Shown here: one piece after another, positions 56,393 to 64,000 of the stretch
How positions within the stretch are numbered: position 1 is the stretch's first letter
Layout of the letters: each line of letters opens with the position of its first letter
Position numbers and translations under genes: made by a program
NCBI GenBank assembly: GCA_963844035.1
Contig: CAWJMT010000037.1
Span: forward strand, 224,001-288,000
Source of the DNA: an uncultured Gemmatimonadales bacterium
Lineage (GTDB): Bacteria > Gemmatimonadota > Gemmatimonadetes > Gemmatimonadales > GWC2-71-9
Length of the DNA: 64,000 bases
Direction: 5' to 3'
Notes under the pieces: generated by a model
Seen by the model: the letters and a program-made list of their open reading frames with translations, nothing else
Databases searched by the model: none
What the model was told of the DNA's origin: nothing

Positions 56393-57107
56393 CCTTCGGG
56401 GTAAAGTTGCGCTGATCACCGGCGTCGGGCGCGTGGGACAGATCGGTCATGCCGTGGCGCTTGGGCTTGGGCAGGCAGGCGCCAAGCTCGTGATCGCGGA
56501 CGTCAACGCCGCGCCGCTCGCCGAGCGTACGAAAGAGTTCACGGCCCAGGGGTTCGATGTCCGGTCGTCGGCGGGCGATCTCACCACGCCCGAAGCCGCG
56601 CGGCAGGCGGTGGCCACCGCGACCGCGCAGTTCGGTGGGCTCGACATCGTGGTCAACGTCGCCGGCGGACTGCTGAACTACGGGTCGGCCCTCGATCTCA
56701 CCCCTGACAAGCTCGACCGCGAGCTCGCCGTCAACGTCAAAACCACCTTCTACGTGTCTCAGGCAGCGATCCCCGCGCTGCGCGCCCGCGGTGGCGGGGC
56801 GATCGTGAACTTCGCCTCGGCTGCGGTGCTCAAGCCGCAGAGCCAGATGGCTGGATACATGGCGGCCAAGTCGGCCGTGGCCGGGCTAACGCGCGCCCTG
56901 GCGCTCGAGTTCCGGGACGACGGCGTCCGGGTCAATGCGGTTGCGCCCGGGACGATGCGCACCGCCGACAACCTGGCGCAGATGAAAGCCGCCGGCATCC
57001 GCTGGATCGAGCTCGAAGACCTCGTCAAGGCCGTGCTCTACCTCGCGAGCGATGACGCGAAAGGGATCTCGGGCGAGATCCTTCCCGTCACGGGCGGGGA
57101 CGTCTAG
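56382..57107 (+). CDS. Short-chain dehydrogenase/reductase
   Basis: ITG...G.IG, NVAG, YMAAK, RVNAVAPG. Confidence 0.9.
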   Translation: MAPDLRGKVALITGVGRVGQIGHAVALGLGQAGAKLVIADVNAAPLAERTKEFTAQGFDVRSSAGDLTTPEAARQAVATATAQFGGLDIVVNVAGGLLNYGSALDLTPDKLDRELAVNVKTTFYVSQAAIPALRARGGGAIVNFASAAVLKPQSQMAGYMAAKSAVAGLTRALALEFRDDGVRVNAVAPGTMRTADNLAQMKAAGIRWIELEDLVKAVLYLASDDAKGISGEILPVTGGDV

Positions 57108-57111
57108 CTCC

Positions 57112-57843
57112 GTGGACCTGTCCGGCCGGCGGGCGCTTGTGACCGGAGCCGGCCGCCGCGTGGGGCAGGCGATTGCGCTCGGGCTCGCTCACGCCGGCTG
57201 CGATCTCGCCCTTCACTATCACGGCGCGCGTGAGGGCGCCGAGGCCACCGCGCGCGACGTGCGGGGCGGCGGCCGCCGCGCCGTCCTCCTCCAGGCGGAC
57301 CTGCGGGACGCCACCGCCGCTCGCGGCCTCGCCGACCAGGCGGCTGCACAGCTTGGCGGGCTCGACATCGTCGTCAATTCCGCCGGCGTCATGTTCCGAC
57401 AACGGGTCGAGGACGTGACCCCAGAGACCTGGGACGCGACGTTCGCCCTCAACCTGCGAGCCTATTTCTTCGTCGCCCAGGGCGCGATCCGGCACCTCCG
57501 GCCGGTGCGCGGCCGCATCGTGAATCTCGCCGACATCGCCGCCTTCGAATCCTGGCCGGAGTACGTGCCGCACACGGTCAGCAAGGCGGGTGTGGTCGCG
57601 CTGACGCAGGGACTGGCACGCGCGCTCGCCCCCGAAATCACCGTCAACGCCGTGGCTCCCGGCGCGGTCCTGCTCCCGGAGACGTGGGATGAGTCGACGC
57701 GCGCGCATTTCGCCGCGACCACGCCGCTCGGGAGGCTCGGCAGCCCGGACGACGTCGTGCGCGCCGTGCGCTACCTGCTCGAGGGCGGCGACTATGTGAC
57801 GGGAACGACCTTGGTGGTGGACGGGGGCCGTCTCATCCGGTGA
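57112..57843 (+). CDS. SDR, pteridine-reductase-like
   Basis: TGAGRRVG, ALHY, IVNLAD, SKA, VNAVAPG, PLGRLG. Confidence 0.85.
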   Translation: MDLSGRRALVTGAGRRVGQAIALGLAHAGCDLALHYHGAREGAEATARDVRGGGRRAVLLQADLRDATAARGLADQAAAQLGGLDIVVNSAGVMFRQRVEDVTPETWDATFALNLRAYFFVAQGAIRHLRPVRGRIVNLADIAAFESWPEYVPHTVSKAGVVALTQGLARALAPEITVNAVAPGAVLLPETWDESTRAHFAATTPLGRLGSPDDVVRAVRYLLEGGDYVTGTTLVVDGGRLIR

Positions 57844-58937
57844 GCGACGGCGTCGTGATGCGGGACGTGATCGTGGTGGGGGGCGGATGCTACGGCACCT
57901 TCTACGCCACCCAGCTCGCGAAGGCCAAGGAGCGAGGCAAGGCGCGGTTCCGCAAGGTCGTCGTCGTGGACCGCGACCCCGATTGCCGCGCGCACCGCGA
58001 GCTCGGCGACGCCGCCGACCGGGAGTTCGTTGCGCGTGATTGGACCGGGTACTTCGATGCCTTTCTCGGATCGTCGGAGCCCGTGGCGCCCGGCGCGCCG
58101 CAGGACTTCATCGTGCCCTCGCCCTTGATGCCGCATCTCATGTTCGAGTGGGTGGTGCGGCGCGCCCGCGCCCGCTGGCCCGATCGTCCCGTCTCGGTCG
58201 GTCCCGTGCCGGGCGCGCTGGGAACCCCGTACGATCGCACCGCGCCCGACCACACCCGCTACGTCTCCTTTGCCGACTGGATTTGCCCGACGCACTGCAT
58301 CGAGCCCGCCATCTGTCCCGCCATCGCCGCGCCGCGTACCTGGGAGATGAGCACGGCCATCGGACAGCTGGTGGAGCGGCTGCGGCTGGCCGGCGAGCCC
58401 GTGGCGGGCTCCGCGTTGTTCGTGTGCCGCCATCACGTATTCGGCGTGGGCACCTTCGGTGTCGAGGCGGTGTTGGCTGGGGACTCCGTGGTCGCAAGCG
58501 CCGGCGCGAACGGCGACACCGCCGCGGTGCTGGTAGGTACCATCAGCGCATGTCACGGGGCGGTGAATCTGCTCACCATCGGACGGTCGCCCTCCACCGC
58601 CTTCGACCGCCATGCTATCCTCACCACCGCCCGCGACCTGTTCAACGCCGGCGCCTACTGGGAAGCGCACGAAGCCCTCGAAACCGTTTGGCGTTCTATT
58701 ATTAGTGAAGACGAAGCGCGGGTCTGGCAGGGATTGATTCAAGCGGCCGCGGCGCTGCTGCACCAGCAGCGCAACAACCGCCACGGTGTCGAGGTTGTCG
58801 GCGGCGCCGCCCTCGAGAAGCTCGCCGGGCCCGCGCGACCGGACGTGGAGTTCGAGACCATCACCTTCCGCGCACAGCTGGCGCGGGCCCTCACGGGGGA
58901 GGGGGATCCCCCGCGATTGGAATTCAGAACGGGATGA
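57840..58937 (+). CDS. Rossmann/Cys-rich domain fused to DUF309
   Basis: VVGGGCYG, CPTHCIEPAICP, ACHG; C-terminal LFNAG.YWEAHEALE..W...QGLIQ.AAA..H. Confidence 0.75.
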   Translation: MSDGVVMRDVIVVGGGCYGTFYATQLAKAKERGKARFRKVVVVDRDPDCRAHRELGDAADREFVARDWTGYFDAFLGSSEPVAPGAPQDFIVPSPLMPHLMFEWVVRRARARWPDRPVSVGPVPGALGTPYDRTAPDHTRYVSFADWICPTHCIEPAICPAIAAPRTWEMSTAIGQLVERLRLAGEPVAGSALFVCRHHVFGVGTFGVEAVLAGDSVVASAGANGDTAAVLVGTISACHGAVNLLTIGRSPSTAFDRHAILTTARDLFNAGAYWEAHEALETVWRSIISEDEARVWQGLIQAAAALLHQQRNNRHGVEVVGGAALEKLAGPARPDVEFETITFRAQLARALTGEGDPPRLEFRTG

Positions 58938-59899
58938 CCGAGCCTAAGAATAGCGACTACGACGTCATCATCGTCGGTGCCGGACCGGCAGGTCTGTGCG
59001 CCGCGATGTATGCCGGTCGTGGGATGCTCAAAGGCCTCCTGATCGAGCGCGGTGCCCCCGGTGGCGAGCTTCTCAACACCGATCTGATCGAGGACTACAT
59101 CGGCTTCGCCAGCATCAAGGGGTGGGATCTCGCGCAGAAGATGACCGAGCACGCCAAGAATTTCGGCGCGCAGATCGAAACCGACACCGTCGAGTCCATC
59201 CGCAAGGGCGACGACGGGCTCTTCGAGGTCCGGACCGCGCGGCAGCGCACGTATCGCGCACCCGCGGTGATCCTCACCGCCGGCGGCACCCCGGTCAAAC
59301 TGGGGGTCCCGGGCGAGAAGGAGTACGCGGGGAAGGGCGTCTCGTACTGCGCCGTCTGCGACGGCGCGTTCTTCAAGGACGAGGTGTTGGCCGTCGTCGG
59401 CGGGGGCGATGCCGCGGTGGAGGAAGCCGACTACCTCACCCGGTACGCCAGCAAGGTCTACATCGTGCACCGCCGGGATCAGTTCCGGGCGTCGCGGATC
59501 CTCCAGGATCGCGCGTTCGCGAACCCCAAGATCGAGGTCGTCTGGAACAAGCAGGTGGTCGAGGTGAAGGGGAACGCCAGGGGCGTGGAGCACCTCGAGC
59601 TGCAGGACACGCAAACCGGACAACACTCGCAGCTTGTGGTGGGTGGCGTATTCGTGTTCGTCGGGTTCAAGCCCAACAATGGGCTCGTACAGGGGCATTT
59701 CCAGCACGACGCCGGCGGCTACCTGATCACCGACGACCGGATGATGACATCGATCCCGGGCCTGTTTGCGGCGGGGGATGTGCGCAGCCAGCTTACGCGT
59801 CAGATCACCACCGCCGTCGGTGACGCGACGACCGCCGCGATCGCCGTGGAGAAGTATCTCGCGGCGCTGCGGGAGAAGGAAAAGGCCGCCGTCGCGTGA
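58934..59899 (+). CDS. trxB: Thioredoxin reductase
   Basis: GAGPAG, GVSYCAVCDG, GGGDAA.EEA, HRRD, FAAGD. Confidence 0.95.
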   Translation: MTEPKNSDYDVIIVGAGPAGLCAAMYAGRGMLKGLLIERGAPGGELLNTDLIEDYIGFASIKGWDLAQKMTEHAKNFGAQIETDTVESIRKGDDGLFEVRTARQRTYRAPAVILTAGGTPVKLGVPGEKEYAGKGVSYCAVCDGAFFKDEVLAVVGGGDAAVEEADYLTRYASKVYIVHRRDQFRASRILQDRAFANPKIEVVWNKQVVEVKGNARGVEHLELQDTQTGQHSQLVVGGVFVFVGFKPNNGLVQGHFQHDAGGYLITDDRMMTSIPGLFAAGDVRSQLTRQITTAVGDATTAAIAVEKYLAALREKEKAAVA

Positions 59900-60537
59900 T
59901 GAAGGTCGTGTCGGTCCCCAACGGCCGCTTCATGGAAAACTGCTATCTCGTCGCCGACGAGGCCCGCGGGGAGTGCGCGGTCATCGACCCGGGCGAAGAC
60001 ACGGCGTTGATCGGTCGCGCGCTCGAGGATGTGGGGATGCGGCCCGTCGCCATCTGGCTGACGCATGCGCACATCGACCACGTGGTGGGTGTCCCGGAGC
60101 TGAAGCGGATCACGGGCGCTCCGGTGTATCTGCATCCGGACGACCGCCCGCTGTACGACCGGGTCGTGCAGCAGGCCGCGGCGTTCGGGATGCGGGCGAG
60201 TCCCCTCCCGCCCCCCGACCGCGCGTTCGCCCACGGCGACCAGATCCGGGTGGGGGACCTCGCGTTCGCCGTGCGTCATACGCCGGGTCATTCCCCCGGC
60301 AGCGTGTCGCTCGTGGGGTCGGACGCCGTGTTCGTGGGGGATGTGCTGTTTCAGGGGTCGATCGGTCGCTGCGACCTGCCGGGCGGCGACATGGACACGC
60401 TGTTGCAAAGCATCCGGCGGGAGTTGCTCAGCCTGCCCGATGACACCATCGTGTACAGCGGCCATGGACCCGAGACCAGCATCGGACGCGAGCGCGCCTC
60501 CAACCCGTTCCTCACCGGCGCCTACCGTCTTGCGTAG
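59896..60537 (+). CDS. MBL-fold hydrolase (glyoxalase II-like)
   Basis: THAHIDH, TPGHSPG, GD.LF, GHG. Confidence 0.92.
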   Translation: MMKVVSVPNGRFMENCYLVADEARGECAVIDPGEDTALIGRALEDVGMRPVAIWLTHAHIDHVVGVPELKRITGAPVYLHPDDRPLYDRVVQQAAAFGMRASPLPPPDRAFAHGDQIRVGDLAFAVRHTPGHSPGSVSLVGSDAVFVGDVLFQGSIGRCDLPGGDMDTLLQSIRRELLSLPDDTIVYSGHGPETSIGRERASNPFLTGAYRLA

Positions 60538-60652
60538 CGCTCCACCCACCTGCCTGCGGTGCGGGACGGTGGTGCGCCCCAAGCCGTGGGGTTGCAAGAA
60601 CCCCTGTTCGAACTGCGGCTTTATTTACCCGTTGGGCGACTGCTCTGATTGA
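60530..60652 (+). CDS. 40-aa zinc-ribbon microprotein (putative)
   Basis: CLRCG...CKNPCSNCG......DCSD; fills the gap between two genes. Confidence 0.55.
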   Translation: MRSAPPTCLRCGTVVRPKPWGCKNPCSNCGFIYPLGDCSD

Positions 60653-60656
60653 GGGC

Positions 60657-61556
60657 GTGGTCCCGGCGCACCTGCTGGCCCTGGCGCTCATGGCGCTCGA
60701 TTGCCTCGTGCGCGCGTGGCGGATTCAGCTCTCCGTGTGGACCGTCGGCGGCTATCTGAGCTTCGGATCAGCGCTGCGCCTGAACATGTACGGTGAAGCG
60801 GCCTCGACGCTGACCCCAAACCGCCTCGGAGGGGAGCCGGCGCGATTCCTCGGCCTCACGGAGGCGAAGGTCCGGCCGGTGACGAGCCTGGTTGCACTTG
60901 GAGTGGAGGTCGCTGCCGAGTGGCCGGTGTTCGCGTTCGTCGGTGTCGCGCTGTTGGCCTACTACGTGCCGGACTGGCAAACCGCAGCCGGCGAGTGGCT
61001 CCGCCGCCATCGGGCTCGCGAGCTGGTGGCGATCGAGCTCGTCGCGCTTCTCATTCTGGGTGTGATCTATCTGATGCAGCGCCTGGTCCGCTCCGGGATG
61101 ATCCGCCACCGGGTCCGGCGACAGTGGCGCGTGGCCTGGGCCCACGTGCGCCGTGCCCCGCTGTGGGTGCTCGGCGTGGGTGCCTTGCTGACGGTCGTCA
61201 GCCTCGCGGCTCGCGCGCTGGTCCTGTTCGCGCTCGCGCTGGCCTTGCCGGAGCGCCCCGCGTTCGGGACGATGTTCTTCGGCGCCCTGGCCTTGCTGCA
61301 TGCGCCCCTGGTCCTGCCGCTCCCGTCGGGCGGTGGAGGGGTGGAGGTAGGGTTCCTCTCCGGTCTTGCCGGCGATTTCGGTCCCCACGCGGTGAGCATC
61401 CTGCTGCTGTGGCGGTTCTACACCGCTGTGCTCCTCACCCTCATCGGCGGCTACCTGCTCATCCGCAGTGTTGGGTATCATGCGACCACGCAGCTCTTGA
61501 GAATCGGCTGGGGTAAGCGATCCAAGCCCGGAGAGACGGCAGGGGGTGGGGGATGA
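60657..61556 (+). CDS. Lysylphosphatidylglycerol synthase TM / flippase-like membrane protein
   Basis: RAWR, TP..LGGEP, P.GGG.G.E, LLWRFYT. Confidence 0.8.
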   Translation: MVPAHLLALALMALDCLVRAWRIQLSVWTVGGYLSFGSALRLNMYGEAASTLTPNRLGGEPARFLGLTEAKVRPVTSLVALGVEVAAEWPVFAFVGVALLAYYVPDWQTAAGEWLRRHRARELVAIELVALLILGVIYLMQRLVRSGMIRHRVRRQWRVAWAHVRRAPLWVLGVGALLTVVSLAARALVLFALALALPERPAFGTMFFGALALLHAPLVLPLPSGGGGVEVGFLSGLAGDFGPHAVSILLLWRFYTAVLLTLIGGYLLIRSVGYHATTQLLRIGWGKRSKPGETAGGGG

Positions 61557-62972
61557 AATCGGTGAGTGGGACGCGGATCGAGCACGACTCCCTGGGCGAA
61601 TTGCCCGTGCCCGCGGAGGCGCTGTACGGCATCCAGACGGAACGGGCGCGTCACAACTTCCCCATTTCCGGGCTGTCGCCGCTCGCCCCGTTTGTCGATG
61701 CCGTGATCTGGATCAAGAAGGCCGCGGCCATTACGCACCGCCACACCAAGCGGCTCGAGGCCACGCTGGCCGACGCCATCGTCCGCGCCGCCGATGAGAT
61801 TCTGGCCGGGGCGTACCGCGATCAGTTCGTCGTCGATCCCTATCAGGCAGGCGCGGGCACGTCGCACAACATGAACTGCAACGAAGTGCTCGCCAATCGC
61901 GCCAACGAGCTGCTGGGCGGAAAGCGCGGGGCGTATCAGCCGATCCATCCCAACGATCACGTCAACATGGCGCAGTCCACCAACGACGTGATCCCCACCG
62001 CGATCCGCCTGGCCGCGCTCGCGCAGCTGCCGGGGCTGCTCGCAGGCGCTCGACCGGCTCAGCCGCGCGTTGCTCGCGAAGGGCACGGCTTTCGATGCCA
62101 TCCTCAAGTCGGGGCGCACGCATCTGCAGGACGCGACCCCCATCCGGCTGGGCCAGGAGTTCACCGCGTATGGGCACACTGTCACCCGCAGCCGGGATCG
62201 CATCGCCCAGGCGGCCGACGCGCTTCGCGATCTCGGGATCGGCGGCAGCGCGGTCGGGACTGGCTTGAACGTCGAGGCACGCTATCCCGCGCTGATGATC
62301 GAGCAGTTGCGAGCGATCACCGGGCTCGAGCTGCGCGAGGGCACGGACCGCGTACAGCTGATGCAGTCCATGGGGGACGCCGTGGCGTTCGCGGGGGCGC
62401 TGCGCGGCTACGCGGTGGACCTGGGGAAGATCGCGAATGACATTCGTCTCCTCGCCTCGGGCCCGCGCACCGGTTTGGGCGAAATCGTACTGCCTCCGGT
62501 GCAGCCCGGCTCGAGCATCATGCCCGGCAAAGTGAACCCGTCGATCGCCGAGATGGTGAACATGGTGTGCTACCAGACCCTCGGGAACGATCTGGTGGTG
62601 GCGACCGCCGCCGAGGCGGGACAGCTCGAGCTGAACGTGATGATGCCGGTGATCGCCCACAACCTGCTCTTCGCGGAGAAGATTCTCACCACCGCGAGCA
62701 CCGTGTTCGCCGAGCGCTGCGTCGATGGGATAGCGGCGGATCCGAAGCAGGCCGCGTACTGGCTGGAGCGCAGTCCGGCGATCGTGACGGCGCTCGCGCC
62801 CAAGCTGGGCTACGAGCAGGCCGCGCAGCTCGCGAAGGAAGCGGTGGAGAGGAATCTGACCGTGCGCGAGCTGGTGCGGGAAAAGGGGTTGCTCACGGAG
62901 CAAGAGCTGAAAGAGGTGCTGGATCTGCGCGCGATGACCGAGCTGGGGGTTCCCGGCAAGCGGTCCAAGTAG
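61553..62972 (+). CDS. aspA: Aspartate ammonia-lyase / class II fumarase (frameshift near 62042)
   Basis: RIEHDSLG, GTSHNMN.NEV, QSTND, GRTHLQDA, GSSIMPGKVNP. Confidence 0.85.
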
Positions 62973-63037
62973 CGCACCCGCCCCTCTCGGGAAGAGGCCG
63001 TCCCTGTGCGAGAATCCGCCCCCGGGCGGGGCTGCCA

Positions 63038-63066
63038 TTGAATCCCGACACCCGGCGTCGCATATT
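63038..63066 (+). promoter_or_regulatory. Promoter of the Rrf2 gene with an overlapping IscR-type-1-like operator (63041-63065)
   Basis: TTGAAT-17 nt-CATATT; AATCCCGAC-N7-GTCGCATAT. Confidence 0.65.
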
Positions 63067-63072
63067 CCACCC

Positions 63073-63525
63073 ATGCGGATTACGACTTGGGGTGAGTACG
63101 GGCTGATCGTCTCCCTCAACCTGGCACGCCAGGCGGGCACCGGACCGATTGCGGCCCGCGAGCTCGCCGAGGCCGAAAAACTCCCCCACGACTACGTTGA
63201 GCAGATCCTCCTTCGCCTGCGGCGCGCCGGACTGGTCGAGTCGGTGCGTGGCGCGAAGGGCGGGTACCACTTGGCGCGCCCCCCGCACGCCATCAGCGTC
63301 AAGGATGTGATGGACGCGTCGGAGCATGCCACCTTCGAAGTCAACTGCGATCGCCACCCGGTCAATCAGGATCGATGTAGCGCGGATGCGTCGTGCAGTA
63401 TCCGGCCGGTGTGGCGGATGCTCGAGCAGCGGATCAACGAGCTGCTGTCGGGCTTCTCACTCGCCGACCTCCTGCATGACGAGCCCGAGGTCTACCAGAT
63501 CGCCGGGGTCATGGCCGGGAACTAA
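63073..63525 (+). CDS. Rrf2-family regulator, IscR-like
   Basis: YVEQI...LRRAGLVESVRGAKGGY.LAR; three Cys (CDRH...C.....C). Confidence 0.9.
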   Translation: MRITTWGEYGLIVSLNLARQAGTGPIAARELAEAEKLPHDYVEQILLRLRRAGLVESVRGAKGGYHLARPPHAISVKDVMDASEHATFEVNCDRHPVNQDRCSADASCSIRPVWRMLEQRINELLSGFSLADLLHDEPEVYQIAGVMAGN

Positions 63526-63555
63526 GTCCCGCTGGCCGCGTTGTCTGTTGGACCC

Positions 63556-63580
63556 GAACCCGACTCCACCGGTCGGGTTC
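63556..63580. promoter_or_regulatory. Perfect 9-7-9 inverted repeat, candidate Rrf2 operator
   Basis: GAACCCGAC-TCCACCG-GTCGGGTTC. Confidence 0.55.
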
Positions 63581-63599
63581 AACCCGTTTGGAGGCTGAT

Positions 63600-64000
63600 G
63601 TGGACTACGCGCATCCTGAAGTGCTCGTCTCGACCGAGTGGGTGGCCGCCCATGCCGAGCGATACGAACGTCCGCTTGATCGAAGTGGACGTGGACACGA
63701 CCGCGTACGATTCCGGTCATATCGCCGGCGCCGCGGGATGGAACTGGCAATCCCAGCTGAACGACGCGGTGCGGCGCGACATTCCCGACGCGGCCGCCTT
63801 CGCCCGCCTGATGGGCCAGGCCGGCGTGACGCCCGCGACCACCGTGGTGCTGTACGGCGACAACAACAACTGGTTCGCCGCGTTCGCCTTCTGGCTGCTG
63901 CAGCTGTATGGTCACACCAACGCAAAACTGATGAACGGCGGGCGCGCGAAGTGGTCGGCCGAGGGCCGCCCGCTCGTCACGACGACGCCGACCGCAGCCG
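63600..64000 (+). CDS. Sulfurtransferase (rhodanese, SseA/CysA-like), partial; frameshift near 63657
   Basis: YAHPEVLVSTEWV, EVDVDTTAYDSGHIAGA, LYGDNNNWFAA, LMNGGR.KW. Confidence 0.92.
   Translation, partial: MDYAHPEVLVSTEWVAAHAERYERPLDRSGRGHDRVRFRSYRRRRGMELAIPAERRGAARHSRRGRLRPPDGPGRRDARDHRGAVRRQQQLVRRVRLLAAAAVWSHQRKTDERRAREVVGRGPPARHDDADRS

Overview
This is a gene-dense, GC-rich bacterial chromosome segment. My inference is a Gemmatimonadota-like organism, from the GWxTD protein, the style of the TonB/ExbB/ExbD genes and the many lipoproteins. More than a dozen conserved genes carry single-base frameshifts, best explained as long-read assembly errors. In order, the window contains: the end of a Calvin-cycle cassette (red-type, IE-like rbcL-rbcS, cbbX and a cyanobacterial/plant-type prk); a GWxTD lipoprotein; two tandem unknown secreted paralogues; a duplicated tRNA-Ala(UGC) locus with duplicated lipoprotein and YceI-like cargo; dat, hisN, sodA and ahpE; a sugar-binding protein and a Tat alpha-galactosidase; a PAS histidine kinase; tonB-exbB-exbD-exbD; a K+-independent H+-PPase; amino-acid transporters; a non-PTS peptidoglycan-recycling cluster (nagZ, amiE-like, namZ, sugar kinase, two SSS transporters); DUF305/LVIVD genes; csbD; an ino1 plus CDP-alcohol phosphotransferase pair; a copper-export cluster; a 2-oxoacid dehydrogenase E1/E2 operon; and a long redox operon ending in aspA/fumC, an IscR-like regulator and a rhodanese. 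The most striking observations are the CBB cassette in this apparent lineage, two divergent genes sharing one 12-bp palindromic start (both begin MRAH), tandem-repeat palindromes absorbed into coding sequence, the tRNA-flanked duplication, probable leaderless genes and two IscR-type operators. All calls come from motif recognition by eye; no database searches were run.
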